From contig SVHX01000002.1 of NCBI GenBank assembly GCA_015055665.1, positions 14,326 through 78,325 of the forward strand: a stretch of DNA of 64,000 nt. The letters are read 5' to 3'. Numbering within the stretch: position 1 is the stretch's first letter; the number at the start of each line of letters is the position of its first letter. The translations under genes and the position numbers were made by a program. Below the pieces are notes generated by a model. The model saw nothing but the letters and a program-made list of their open reading frames with translations, was not told where the DNA came from and did not search any database. Below, piece by piece: positions 31,680 to 42,144 of the stretch. This DNA comes from Clostridiales bacterium (GTDB taxonomy: Bacteria; Bacillota; Clostridia; Christensenellales; UBA1242).

Positions 31680-32228
31680 ATGAGCAAAGAACTTAAAGAC
31701 AGAATTGTTCCTCTAGATAGAGTATACGCACTAGAGTGTGATACTTATCTCTATGTCGATAGTAATACATTTGGAACCAATGTTGTGTATATTCTTTTGC
31801 AAGAGCCTATGTATGAGCATGTCGGAACCGATTGGTTGCCTTCGCGAGAGAAGGCGATAATTCTTACAGGTGAGCATGCCGGTGAGAGTGTAAAAGATAA
31901 ACTAGATATTGATGATGATATAGTATTTATGCGAGTTGATTTGGTTAACAAATCGCGTATAGCATATAGACATACATGGACATTGGCGGAGTCTAACCGA
32001 CTTCGCAATCGAGAAACTCGATATAAGAATCGTACTGTGACTTTCGGTAGCGCTATGGATGATAGGGCGTTTAACGGTGCTAAATTTGCAAAAGTTGGAG
32101 ATATTAGTGCTCTAGCTGATGAATATAATCGTGTATACGAAGAAAACGCTATCAAGGCAAGCATTGAGAATAGTTATGCCAAACAATCTGAGCAAGACAT
32201 GGAAGAGCTGTTTGGCAAAGGTGAGTAG
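31680..32228 (+). CDS. Hypothetical protein, tandem paralog 3 of 3
   Basis: DRIVPLDRVYALE; YNRVYEENAIKA; followed by terminator 32245-32282. Confidence 0.75.
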   Translation: MSKELKDRIVPLDRVYALECDTYLYVDSNTFGTNVVYILLQEPMYEHVGTDWLPSREKAIILTGEHAGESVKDKLDIDDDIVFMRVDLVNKSRIAYRHTWTLAESNRLRNRETRYKNRTVTFGSAMDDRAFNGAKFAKVGDISALADEYNRVYEENAIKASIENSYAKQSEQDMEELFGKGE

Positions 32229-32341
32229 TTAACATAGGATTTATAAGCAAGCGGATTTATGTAAAATTTGCTTGCTTTTTTTCGTGCATTGTGCCTCTAA
32301 TGTTTAGACAAAGTGCAAGTAATTTGCTAAAATAAAATTGT

Positions 32342-32359
32342 TAGTGAGATTTTACACAA
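32342..32359. promoter_or_regulatory. Probable Rex operator just downstream of a TAGACA-17-TAAAAT promoter (32305-32333)
   Basis: TAGTGAG-ATTT-TACACAA versus the Rex consensus TTGTGAA-N4-TTCACAA, upstream of an NADH-linked hydrogenase. Confidence 0.55.
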
Positions 32360-32392
32360 ACTAAAATTATTATTAAATGGGAAGGAGTGTAT

Positions 32393-32878
32393 ATGTGTAA
32401 TTGTGTAAGGTTGGGAACAGATGAGCAAGTTAAAGAGTTTGAGGCTGTTCTCGAGGAATATAAGGGAGATAGAGGCAATGTAATGGTTGTGCTCCAGAAG
32501 ACTCAGGGGATATTTGGATATATACCTGAGGGCACGCTTAAGATGATAGCAGAAAGTCTTAAGATGCCAGAGAGTGAGATATATGGAATTATTACTTTCT
32601 ATAGTCAGTTCACTCTAACCCCTAAGGCAAAGTATAATATAGATGTGTGCTTGGGAACTGCGTGTTTCGTACTAGGAGCTCAAGATGTAATGGATAAGAT
32701 TCTTGCTAAGCTTGGTGTCAAAGTGGGCGAGATGACCAAGGACGGCAAGTGGATAGTAACTAGTTGTAGATGTCTTGGTTGTTGCGGACTAGCGCCAGCT
32801 ATAACCATTAACGGCGAAGTTTACGGCAAGATGAAAGTCGAAGATGTAGATAGAATTATTGATAGTTTTGCAGATTAA
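32393..32878 (+). CDS. hydC: Electron-bifurcating [FeFe] hydrogenase gamma subunit (NuoE-like)
   Basis: ITFYSQF, VCLGTAC, CRCLGCCGLAP. Confidence 0.88.
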   Translation: MCNCVRLGTDEQVKEFEAVLEEYKGDRGNVMVVLQKTQGIFGYIPEGTLKMIAESLKMPESEIYGIITFYSQFTLTPKAKYNIDVCLGTACFVLGAQDVMDKILAKLGVKVGEMTKDGKWIVTSCRCLGCCGLAPAITINGEVYGKMKVEDVDRIIDSFAD

Positions 32879-32890
32879 TAGGGGGCGAGT

Positions 32891-34750
32891 ATGAGTAAGG
32901 AATTAGAAGAATTAAAGCAGAAGTACTTGGCCGAAGTATTATTCCGTCGTGATGGAGATACCTCGGGAGTAAATTACAAATATAATATTATGGTGTGCGG
33001 TGGTACAGGATGCCGTAGCTGTAAGAGTAAGAAAGTTCAAGAGAAACTTGAAGAGGTTGTCAAAGCCAAAGGTCTTGAGAGCGAGATTAAGATTAATGGT
33101 GTAGGATGCTTTGGATTATGTGTTAATGGACCAATTGTCCTTGTGTACCCACAAGACGCTATGTACGAGAAAGTTAGCGTAGACGACTGCGAAGAGATTA
33201 TATATAGATTGCAGGAGGGTGCGTTGGTTGAGCGACTACTACATCACGAAAATGGTAGTGCTGTAGAGAAAAAGTCTGACATTAACTTCTGCAAAAAGCA
33301 GAAGTATGTTGCACGTAACAATGCTGAGTATATGAGTCTAGAAAATATTTTAGGAGACTATGTTGCTCTTAATGGTTACCAAGCACTTAACAAAGTTGTT
33401 AACTCTATGACTCAAGACGAGGTTATTAAGGTTATCAAAGATAGTGGTCTTAGAGGCAGGGGTGGAGCAGGATTCCCAACTGGTAATAAGTGGGAGTTTA
33501 CTAAAGTGGTAGATGCTCCTCAGAAGTATGTTATTTGTAACGCAGACGAGGGTGATCCTGGTGCGTTCATGGATAGAAGTATTATTGAGAGTAATCCTCA
33601 TGCAATTATCGAAGCAATGGCAATATGCGGATACGCAATTGGTGCTAGCAAGGGTTATGTTTACTTAAGAGCAGAGTATCCTCTAGCTGGTGAGAGGTTG
33701 CAATCTGCAATTGATGAGGCAACAAACAGAGGGTTCTTAGGCAAGAATATATTTGGCTCTAACTTCTCGTTTGAGCTAGGCATCAAGTATGGTGCGGGTG
33801 CGTTTGTATGTGGAGAAGAAACTGCACTTATGCGCAGCATTGAGGGTGGCAGAGGCGAGCCAACTCTTAAGCCTCCATATCCAGCAGAGAAAGGTCTGTA
33901 TGGTTGTCCATCTGTAATTAATAATGTAGAAACACTTGCTAACATTGCTCAAATTATTAATAATGGTGCAGAGTGGTTTAATTCGATAGGTACTGAGGAT
34001 AGTAAGGGTACTAAAGTATTTGCTCTTACTGGTAAAGTTGTTAACTCGGGACTTGTAGAACTACCAATGGGTACAACAATTAGAGAGATTGTGTATGATA
34101 TTGGTGGCGGAATACCTAACGGCAAGAAATTCAAGGCTGTACAAATGGGCGGACCGTCTGGGGGATGTATACCAGAGGCACATCTAGATACACCTATTGA
34201 CTACAAGAGTCTTAACGACCTTGGCTCTATGATGGGTTCTGGTGGTATGATTGTAGTTGACGAAGATACTTGCATGGTAGACTTTGCTAAGTTCTTCCTA
34301 CAATTTACTCGTGATGAAAGTTGTGGTAAGTGTACTCCATGTAGAGTGGGCAATATGAGAATTCTAGAAATTCTCGAGAAGATTACATCTGGCAAGGCTA
34401 CAATGGAAGACTTAGACAAGCTTGAGGAACTATGTAATTATGTTAAGAGCAATTCGCTTTGCGGACTTGGTCAGACAAGTCCTAACCCAGTATTATCTAC
34501 ACTTAAGTACTTTAGAGATGAGTACATTGAGCATATCCGCGATCACAAGTGTAGAGCGGGTGTTTGCAAGAGCATGACTAGATATAAGATTACTGACAAG
34601 TGTATTGGATGTAGTGCTTGTAGTAGAGTGTGTCCAGTAGGAGCAATCTCAGGCGAGATTAAGAAGAAATTTGAAATAGACCCAGAGAAGTGTATCAAGT
34701 GCGGCAAGTGCGAAGCTACTTGTAGATTTGGGGCTATTGTAAAGGAGTAA
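32891..34750 (+). CDS. hydB: Electron-bifurcating [FeFe] hydrogenase beta subunit (NuoF-like, NADH/FMN)
   Basis: GLRGRGGAGFPTG, NADEGDPGAFMDR, GAGAFVCGEET, ESCGKCTPCR, C-terminal 2x[4Fe-4S]. Confidence 0.92.
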   Translation: MSKELEELKQKYLAEVLFRRDGDTSGVNYKYNIMVCGGTGCRSCKSKKVQEKLEEVVKAKGLESEIKINGVGCFGLCVNGPIVLVYPQDAMYEKVSVDDCEEIIYRLQEGALVERLLHHENGSAVEKKSDINFCKKQKYVARNNAEYMSLENILGDYVALNGYQALNKVVNSMTQDEVIKVIKDSGLRGRGGAGFPTGNKWEFTKVVDAPQKYVICNADEGDPGAFMDRSIIESNPHAIIEAMAICGYAIGASKGYVYLRAEYPLAGERLQSAIDEATNRGFLGKNIFGSNFSFELGIKYGAGAFVCGEETALMRSIEGGRGEPTLKPPYPAEKGLYGCPSVINNVETLANIAQIINNGAEWFNSIGTEDSKGTKVFALTGKVVNSGLVELPMGTTIREIVYDIGGGIPNGKKFKAVQMGGPSGGCIPEAHLDTPIDYKSLNDLGSMMGSGGMIVVDEDTCMVDFAKFFLQFTRDESCGKCTPCRVGNMRILEILEKITSGKATMEDLDKLEELCNYVKSNSLCGLGQTSPNPVLSTLKYFRDEYIEHIRDHKCRAGVCKSMTRYKITDKCIGCSACSRVCPVGAISGEIKKKFEIDPEKCIKCGKCEATCRFGAIVKE

Positions 34751-34753
34751 GAT

Positions 34754-36466
34754 ATGGATATTGAGATTATAATTGACGGCAAAAAAATCAAAGCCGATAG
34801 TAATAGTACCATCCTTGAGGTTGCAAGGAAGAACGATATCGAAATACCTACTCTTTGCTACCTAAAAGGAATTAATGAGCCAGCAAGTTGTAGAGTGTGT
34901 GTGGTAGAAGTAGAGGGGGCTAGAAATCTAGTAACCGCTTGTACTACTAAGATTAGACCAGATATGGTTGTTAAGACCAATACAACTAAGGTAATTAAGG
35001 CGAGAAAGACTGCTCTTGAATTGCTATTAAGTAACCACAATAAGAACTGTCTTAACTGTCCAAAGAACCTTAAGTGCGATTTCCAGAAACTTGTAGAGCA
35101 ATTCCATTGCGATACAGAGAAGTATGCTGGAGCAACTACCGAAAATCATATTGACGACACTAACCATGCAATAGTAAGAGATATGAGCAAATGTATACTT
35201 TGTGGCAAGTGTGTGTCTGTTTGTGCCAAATTGCAAGGCTGCAGTGCCATTACTAAGATTAATAGAGGATTCGAAACTAAAGTAGGTTCAGACTTTGATA
35301 AATGTATGCAAGAGTCTAGTTGTATAGGTTGCGGACAATGTGTTCTTGTTTGTCCAACTGGTGCACTTACTCAGAAGAACGATATTCCTAAGGTACTAGA
35401 TATACTAGAGAAGACTGATGTTATCAGAATTGCTCAAGTGGCACCATCTGTTCGTGTAGCTATTGGCGAGGAGTTCGGTGGCAAGATTGGCGAATTCGCA
35501 GAAGGCAAGATGGTTACTGCTCTTAAAGAGATTGGTTTTGATTATGTATTTGATGTTAATATGGGTGCGGACTTTACAATTGTCGAAGAGGCACAAGAAC
35601 TAATTGAACATCTTAAGACTAATTCTAAGTACCCATTATTCACATCTTGTTGTCCTGGTTGGTTTAATTATGTTCAGAAGAACTATCCGGATATGGAGAA
35701 GTATCTGTCTTCTTCCAAATCTCCTAACGAGATGCTTGCAAGTATTATTAAGTATTACTTCGAAGAACAAGGCAAAAAGGTTGAGATTGTATCTGTAATG
35801 CCTTGTACAGGTAAGAAACGTGAGGTATTTGCTCATGGTGTAATTGATGCTTGTATAACTACAAGAGAGCTAGGAGAACTTATTAGACTTAAGGGTATTA
35901 ACTTTAATAAGTTAGCAGATAGCAAGTTTGATGATCCATTTGGCGAGTATACAGGTGGAGCGTTGATCTTTGGTGTAACAGGTGGTGTAACCGAGGCTGC
36001 TCTTAGATATGCGGTACACAAGCTTACCGGTAAGAAGCGTAATATTATAGAAGATGTTCGTAATAGCAAGGGCGTTAAGGAAGTTGAGGTTGACCTAGGC
36101 GGAAGAACTATTAGGCTTGCTATTGTACATGGTCTTGCTAATGCTCAGAGAGTAATTGAAGATATAATTGCAGGGGAGAAGCATTATGACTTTGTAGAAG
36201 TTATGGCGTGCCCAGGCGGATGTGTTAATGGTGGTGGACAGCCATATGTTGACTATAACAAGATTAGTGCTACCGAAGTAGCTAAGAAACGTGCTGCTAC
36301 TATCTACAAGGCAGATGGCGATATGAAGTTTAAAGAAGCTGGCGAGAACAAGGGAGTTGCCAAAGTATATAGCGAGCTATTCAAGGGCGATCACGAATTA
36401 ATTCATAAGCTCCTTCATTATGTTCATGTTGACTATGATAGAGTGGAAGAGTCTAAAGACAATTAA
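34754..36466 (+). CDS. hydA: [FeFe] hydrogenase catalytic subunit (group A3 context)
   Basis: H-cluster motifs FTSCCPGW, MPCTGKKRE, EVMACPGGCVNGGGQP; N-terminal FeS clusters. Confidence 0.93.
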   Translation: MDIEIIIDGKKIKADSNSTILEVARKNDIEIPTLCYLKGINEPASCRVCVVEVEGARNLVTACTTKIRPDMVVKTNTTKVIKARKTALELLLSNHNKNCLNCPKNLKCDFQKLVEQFHCDTEKYAGATTENHIDDTNHAIVRDMSKCILCGKCVSVCAKLQGCSAITKINRGFETKVGSDFDKCMQESSCIGCGQCVLVCPTGALTQKNDIPKVLDILEKTDVIRIAQVAPSVRVAIGEEFGGKIGEFAEGKMVTALKEIGFDYVFDVNMGADFTIVEEAQELIEHLKTNSKYPLFTSCCPGWFNYVQKNYPDMEKYLSSSKSPNEMLASIIKYYFEEQGKKVEIVSVMPCTGKKREVFAHGVIDACITTRELGELIRLKGINFNKLADSKFDDPFGEYTGGALIFGVTGGVTEAALRYAVHKLTGKKRNIIEDVRNSKGVKEVEVDLGGRTIRLAIVHGLANAQRVIEDIIAGEKHYDFVEVMACPGGCVNGGGQPYVDYNKISATEVAKKRAATIYKADGDMKFKEAGENKGVAKVYSELFKGDHELIHKLLHYVHVDYDRVEESKDN

Positions 36467-36470
36467 TAAC

Positions 36471-36512
36471 AAAAAAATACTATCAGTTTGAGATTGACTG
36501 GTAGTATTTTTT
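36471..36512. terminator. Bidirectional terminator
   Basis: aaaaaaatactatcagt / actggtagtatttttt. Confidence 0.7.
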
Positions 36513-36552
36513 GTGTATTATATTCATTGTAATGATAAAGTTTGGTAAATAT

Positions 36553-37815
36553 TTATATTACATAGTTTAGCCTTAGATTGATGCGGAAGGACATATCCGA
36601 CATATATTCGTTATCCTCGAGTGAGTTAATATAGTCTTGGAACTTTCGGTACTTGAACGCGTTGAATTTCTCATACACATTAAGGATATCATAATGTTTG
36701 GTTTGCATAAGAGATATTGTATTTTGCAATTTTTCATCTATCATGGCGTTAATTTTTTCTTTCACGTTATCTGTGAGGTAATTGATCGTGCCATTGGTTG
36801 AAGCAAAAGAGTGGTTCTCGCTCGATACAACTTCGTCAATCATTAATGATAACCAAATATTATACTCCATAACTGGCTTGCCGTCCTCGAACTTAGGTAT
36901 TGCTACAACAACCTTGTCTGCTTCCTGAAAGACTACTGTACTATCTATAAAGTGCTCGTCATTTATGTCTTCGAGTACGAATTTCTGATACTCGCCAGTT
37001 TTGCTCAGTAGTGTGTATATAAACTTCTCATCATCACTAAGGTGGGATAGGAATTTGCCATCGCGAATAATTGCGATTTCTCCCTTGTTGGTTATTTTGC
37101 TCTGTTGTTGACTGCCACCAGTAGCGCTCTGAGAGCTGCCGCTCTGACTGCCTCCTCCGCTAGAATTATCGCTACTACCGCTACCACCGCCTTCTCCCTC
37201 GTTGCTACTAGATTTCTCGACATTGATTATAGGTATTGCAAATGTTGAATTCGGACTATAATATGCTCGGTAGAATCTATCTATTGTAACGTTGCTAAGA
37301 AGAGATCTCTCCTCTTGGCTCATGATAATATTCTTTAGGCTAAGGTCAAGAAGGTTGTTGCTAGTCTTAACTGCGTTAAGAAGATCCTTTGTGCTATCGG
37401 GTGTTGCAATAAGTGTTGGGTTAGTGGATAGGTTGGCTGTTCGAATAAAGTAATCAAGAATTTGAGTAAGGTTGTCTTGCATTAGGTCTTCATGAAATAT
37501 AATGCAGTCGCAGTGGGCAAGTCCAATGTTTCTGCCGATATCGAGAGTTATCTTGTCTAATGCTTGAGAGATAGATTTTCCTTTGGCGTCAAATAGTTCG
37601 AGGTTCGAATTTATATCGTTTTCGCCTTTGGGTATTACTGCAAGTATGGATACTTGGTACTCATCCTCGATCATTTCTACTCCTATTGATGTAGCAACAA
37701 TGGTTTTGTCTTTGTCTGATTGTTTGTATAGTGTTGTGGGCGAACTAATAAGTATAAGAATTATAAATACTGCAAAAATCTTGTTTCGCCATATCTTAGC
37801 AAGTGCACTTAGCAT
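36553..37815 (-). CDS. Spore germination receptor C subunit, Ger(x)C family
   Basis: GKSISQAL...LAHC..IIF; third gene of a GerA-type operon. Confidence 0.8.
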   Translation of the reverse strand: MLSALAKIWRNKIFAVFIILILISSPTTLYKQSDKDKTIVATSIGVEMIEDEYQVSILAVIPKGENDINSNLELFDAKGKSISQALDKITLDIGRNIGLAHCDCIIFHEDLMQDNLTQILDYFIRTANLSTNPTLIATPDSTKDLLNAVKTSNNLLDLSLKNIIMSQEERSLLSNVTIDRFYRAYYSPNSTFAIPIINVEKSSSNEGEGGGSGSSDNSSGGGSQSGSSQSATGGSQQQSKITNKGEIAIIRDGKFLSHLSDDEKFIYTLLSKTGEYQKFVLEDINDEHFIDSTVVFQEADKVVVAIPKFEDGKPVMEYNIWLSLMIDEVVSSENHSFASTNGTINYLTDNVKEKINAMIDEKLQNTISLMQTKHYDILNVYEKFNAFKYRKFQDYINSLEDNEYMSDMSFRINLRLNYVI

Positions 37816-38948
37816 GATGCTTTCCTCTTGGATTTTTTAGGTTGTAGTGGTGGAGATATGGTGGGCTTATTGTTTCGAGAAATCTTAATGCTAGAGATAA
37901 TTAACATTATTACGAATATTGTTTGCAGTATTCCAGATAGTCCAGAAAATACCGGAGTTGTAGCTATTGCAATGATGGCTTGTAATTGCATATATGTTAT
38001 AAGCGCTATTACAATAACTCCTAATGAAAAGACATAACCTGTCCACTTTTTGTCATTAATACCAAAGATATTGTCAAACTCTGACTTGCCCGCAATTGCA
38101 AGTACCATGCCGTCTGCAAGCAGAATAACTGACCATATCATTATGGTTAGCCACTCTAATTTTCCTATAGTTGCGGGGGTGGAGTTGTGCAGAGGTAGTT
38201 CTCCTAGTGCAAGTGTCTGGCTCATTGAATATTTTCCGAACGAGCCTACGAAGATTACAAAAAATGCAAATATGAATATAAATGCTGACGCAGCAAAGCC
38301 TAGCATCTTTTTCTTAGACGATTGGTCGTATGCAATATGCCCCATGAGAGGGAATAAGATCATGTAATCGCCGAAGGCAAATGTAGTCCTAGATAGTCCT
38401 GTGTATATAGGGTGAAAACCTTGCTCGAAAATAGGAAGGAGTTTCTCTGGCAGAAGGTCTTCGGTAGGGAATATTAGTGTGAAAATTATACCTATAAGAG
38501 TTGGCCAGAAAATTAGCTCAGCTACTCTTCCTATGCATCTAAAGTTTTTGGTTGTGGAGTACATTATAATTAGTCCAAGTACTATTAGGAAGAATAGAGG
38601 GTTGAGTTCTTCGAATAGTGTTGCTATGAAGTAATCGTGTAGTTCTTGCAATACAAGCACGCATTTACCAAAGAAATATATCAGCAAGATAATCTGTGCA
38701 ATTGTGGATACAACTTTGCCAAATGTTCTGGTTAGAAAATCTCTAAAGGTTAAGTCGGGGTGTCGGTGCATAATGCTAATTACAATTAGAGTTCCTATGA
38801 AGTCAAAGATTAGAGCGATAAGGCAAGTGATGTAACTATCGTTGCCAGAGAAGGTGTACATTAGAGAAGGCAGCGCCGAGAGCTTAAGTCCAATTGTAAA
38901 TATACAGAATATGAGGCTGGCTTGGTTACTAGATACTGTCTTGTTCAT
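37809..38948 (-). CDS. Spore germination receptor B subunit (GerAB family)
   Basis: Multiple TM segments, FGKVV, LLPIFE.G; operon position. Confidence 0.82.
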   Translation of the reverse strand: MNKTVSSNQASLIFCIFTIGLKLSALPSLMYTFSGNDSYITCLIALIFDFIGTLIVISIMHRHPDLTFRDFLTRTFGKVVSTIAQIILLIYFFGKCVLVLQELHDYFIATLFEELNPLFFLIVLGLIIMYSTTKNFRCIGRVAELIFWPTLIGIIFTLIFPTEDLLPEKLLPIFEQGFHPIYTGLSRTTFAFGDYMILFPLMGHIAYDQSSKKKMLGFAASAFIFIFAFFVIFVGSFGKYSMSQTLALGELPLHNSTPATIGKLEWLTIMIWSVILLADGMVLAIAGKSEFDNIFGINDKKWTGYVFSLGVIVIALITYMQLQAIIAIATTPVFSGLSGILQTIFVIMLIISSIKISRNNKPTISPPLQPKKSKRKASC

Positions 38949-40386
38949 GAGTCGTACCTCCTTGACGCTTTCGGTTCTTCTGAGATTTGTTAATTGATGT
39001 TGGGCGGGTTTTCATTTGTGTAATACCGGCACGTACAAGTGCGTCCTTAATATCTTCTTTGACAAGTGGGGCAACTGGAGCAAAGTATGCTCCTCCGTAG
39101 CTATCAAAGTCGCTAAGATGCAGTAGTAGGAATAGCCCCATTGAGATGATTCCAAATATCCCTAGAGCACCTCCAGCAAAAGTAAATAAGAGTCGTAGTA
39201 GGTAAAGCTGTGGTGCTTGGTCTGGCACACAATATATGCTAAGCGAAGAGATTGCAACAATCATAACTGCGGGTGGCGAGATGAGTCCTGCTTTAACTGC
39301 AGTGTCGCCCAGTATTAATGCTCCCACAATAGATAAAGCAAGTCCTAGGTACTTGGGCATACGAAGAGAAGCCTCGTATAATATCTCAAATAGTAGCAAT
39401 ACAAAGAGTATCTCGGCAAAAGGTGTTAGAGGGAGTCCTTTGGTTGTGTTAATGATTGTTATCAGAAATTTGAGAGGTATTGCTTTGTAATGGTGGAGAA
39501 TAATTGCAATGTATAGAGCGGGGGTAAGTGTAGAGATAATAATGCTTGCAATCCTTATCCATCTCACAAAAGAAGCACGTTTGCTATTGCTGTAGTAGTC
39601 GTCGCTACTCTGTACATCTTCTAGATATATAAACGGCACGGTTAGTACCATAGGCGAGCCATCTACAATAATTGCAACTCGTCCTTCTAGTAGTTTGCCT
39701 GCAACTATATCTGGTTTTTCGCTATTGCCAATTTGTTTGAACATACTATTTTTGTGTTCTTCGAGAAATTGTGTAATGTAGTGGCTGTCAAGAACACCAT
39801 CTATGTCGATTGCCGACAATCTTTCTTTGATTGTGTCTACTATATGGGGATCGGCAATCCCATCTAGATACACAACGCATACACTTGTCTGAGTATGTCT
39901 GCCAATACTTGTACTGTAAGTGCGGAGTTTTGTGGAGGCGAGGATTTTGCGAAGGGTAGATAGATTGGTTTTTAAATTCTCAACAAAGCCCGCACGTGGC
40001 CCTTTTAGCACGGTGCTAGTTGGAGGCTCTGTAATTGCACGCTCTTTGAATTTGTCAATACCAAGGATTACTGCCTGTGTAGAATTATCAAATATAAGCA
40101 CGCCTTTGCCCTTGAGTAATTCGTTGCAGATATTATTTAGATTATCTTCGGTAGTTGTTTCGCATAGAGGAAGTTTGCTTGGTGCGGTTTGAGGTGTTAA
40201 CGTAATGTTTGCTTGGATGAGTGGAGATACCACATAGTCGCTAAGAGCTATGGTGTCGGTAAGTCCCATAAAATATATGACTGCACACTTATTGTGCGGA
40301 GTATCAATATTCTTAACAACCAATTCGTTGGAGTTGCCAAATTGTTCTTGGATTGCCTTAATATTATCATTTAGTCTTTTTTGCAT
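38929..40386 (-). CDS. Spore germination receptor A subunit (GerA family)
   Basis: EPPTSTVLKGPRAGFVE, EKPD...LLEGRVAIIVDGSP, EASLRMP, SIVGALILGDTAVKAGL. Confidence 0.92.
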   Translation of the reverse strand: MQKRLNDNIKAIQEQFGNSNELVVKNIDTPHNKCAVIYFMGLTDTIALSDYVVSPLIQANITLTPQTAPSKLPLCETTTEDNLNNICNELLKGKGVLIFDNSTQAVILGIDKFKERAITEPPTSTVLKGPRAGFVENLKTNLSTLRKILASTKLRTYSTSIGRHTQTSVCVVYLDGIADPHIVDTIKERLSAIDIDGVLDSHYITQFLEEHKNSMFKQIGNSEKPDIVAGKLLEGRVAIIVDGSPMVLTVPFIYLEDVQSSDDYYSNSKRASFVRWIRIASIIISTLTPALYIAIILHHYKAIPLKFLITIINTTKGLPLTPFAEILFVLLLFEILYEASLRMPKYLGLALSIVGALILGDTAVKAGLISPPAVMIVAISSLSIYCVPDQAPQLYLLRLLFTFAGGALGIFGIISMGLFLLLHLSDFDSYGGAYFAPVAPLVKEDIKDALVRAGITQMKTRPTSINKSQKNRKRQGGTTHEQDSI

Positions 40387-40515
40387 AAATCCTCTATATT
40401 TCTTAATTTTTACCCTGCTTTTATGTTTAGTGTGAGAAAACTTTTCGAAAAATATTCCTAATACTCTTGCATTTTATATATTTATCTGATATAATCATTT
40501 CGGTAATAGATTTTA

Positions 40516-40560
40516 CTACTTGCTTGGGGAGATCCCAAGCCGAATAAGACCATAGGAGGT
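40516..40560 (+). ncRNA. S6:S18 ribosomal protein leader
   Basis: ctacttgcttggg-gagat-cccaagCCG...gaccataggagg; hairpin, CCG and SD arrangement known from Firmicutes rpsF leaders. Confidence 0.7.
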
Positions 40561-40567
40561 AAAACAC

Positions 40568-40864
40568 ATGAATAAGTATGAGATGCTTGTAATTTTCTCA
40601 GCAAGCCTTAGCGACGAGCAGAAAGATGCTATCGTAGATAAATACGCTAAGCTTATGGAGAAAGACGGCGGTAAAGTTGAGTCTGTTAACAAGGCTAATC
40701 CTTGGGGACTTAAGAAACTTGCTTACCCTATCAAGTACAAGAACGAGGGTTATTATGTTCTATACAACTTCGAAGCTACTGCAGAAGTAGAGCATAATGT
40801 TGTTTCTCTAATGAGAATTGACGAAAACGTTCTTAGACAAATGTGCCTAAGAAAAGATAAGTAA
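40568..40864 (+). CDS. rpsF: 30S ribosomal protein S6
   Basis: MNKYE...WGLKKLAYPI...EGYY. Confidence 0.96.
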   Translation: MNKYEMLVIFSASLSDEQKDAIVDKYAKLMEKDGGKVESVNKANPWGLKKLAYPIKYKNEGYYVLYNFEATAEVEHNVVSLMRIDENVLRQMCLRKDK

Positions 40865-40956
40865 TTATCTATAACATTTTCGTATCAACGCCTAGGATAA
40901 TCTCGGTGTACCTATGTAAATCTACCGAGGTTTAATTAAGTTTTAGGAGAAAAATT

Positions 40957-41361
40957 ATGAATAAATGTATTTTGATTGGTAATCTTACCAAAGATCCAGA
41001 ATTGACCACAACTTCTAATGGTGTAGCTGTATGTAGATTCTCTATTGCAGTTAGCCGTAGATATAGTAATTCAGATGGCGAGAGAGAGGCAGATTTCCTT
41101 AATATCGTTGTTTGGCGTGGTCCTGGTGAGAACTGCCACAAGTTCCTTAAGAAGGGTAGCAAAGTTGGTATCGTAGGTAATATCCAGAGCAGGTCTTATG
41201 ATGCTGCGGATGGTACTAAGAGATATGTTACCGAGATTGTTGCAGAGGAAGTAGAATTCCTTACAACTCGTAATAGTGAGGATGGCGGTGCTAGACCTGC
41301 TGCTCCTAGTGAGGATGTAGCTAAATTACAACCTATTGATGATGATGGCCTACCATTTTAA
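40957..41361 (+). CDS. ssb: Single-stranded DNA-binding protein
   Basis: MNK.ILIGNLTKDPE; C-terminal DDGLPF. Confidence 0.96.
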   Translation: MNKCILIGNLTKDPELTTTSNGVAVCRFSIAVSRRYSNSDGEREADFLNIVVWRGPGENCHKFLKKGSKVGIVGNIQSRSYDAADGTKRYVTEIVAEEVEFLTTRNSEDGGARPAAPSEDVAKLQPIDDDGLPF

Positions 41362-41444
41362 TTAGACCAATTAGGTTGTGTTGTTTGAAAGAACAATAAG
41401 ACATAATGTTGTCTTGAATATCGAAAATAGAAAAGGAGAGTATC

Positions 41445-41723
41445 ATGAGCGAAGAAGTTATCGAGCAAGTTGCTACTACTGAGGAGAAAGCTGCTCCTAA
41501 GAAGTTTAAGAAAGTAGCAAGAAAGAAAGTTTGCCAATTCTGTGTAGATCATGCAGAAGAGATCGATTACAAAGATGTAGCTAAACTAAAAAGATATATT
41601 ACTGAGAAAGGTAAAATCCTTCCTCGTAGACAAACTGGTACTTGTGCAGAGCACCAGAGAGCATTAACTGTTGCAATTAAGCGTGCAAGAGAAATGGCAT
41701 TACTTCCATATGTTGGAGAGTAA
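41445..41723 (+). CDS. rpsR: 30S ribosomal protein S18
   Basis: KKVCQFC, IDYKD, GKILPRR.TG, AIKRAR..ALLPY. Confidence 0.96.
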   Translation: MSEEVIEQVATTEEKAAPKKFKKVARKKVCQFCVDHAEEIDYKDVAKLKRYITEKGKILPRRQTGTCAEHQRALTVAIKRAREMALLPYVGE

Positions 41724-42144
41724 TTGGGTATTAACTTTTTGAATGTCAAAAAGTTACAAAAACCATTGGGGAATTACGATTTTCCCCAAACCCCTTGAAA
41801 CGTTTTTCAAGTGGATTATATTGATATGAAAAAATGACTCAAACGAGTCATTTTTTTGTGGGTTGCGTATACGAAGTATTGCGACATATTCACTTGGCTG
41901 ATTATATGGATAAAATTATATGTCGCATTTCCTCGGACTCCTAAAACGCCTTTAATAAGGCTGATTTTAATAATAAAAACAAAAAGTCCCGCTGTTGAAG
42001 TTGTAAAACTTCCTTATCGGGGCTTTTTTGTTGCAAAAAACACTATTTTTACTGCTCAAGATAGCATTAGGAGAGCATTTGTTTGATAAATTTTCCAAGA
42101 TATCATTTGGAGGAGAGCAAAAATAGAAACCTAAGTTTTTATAA

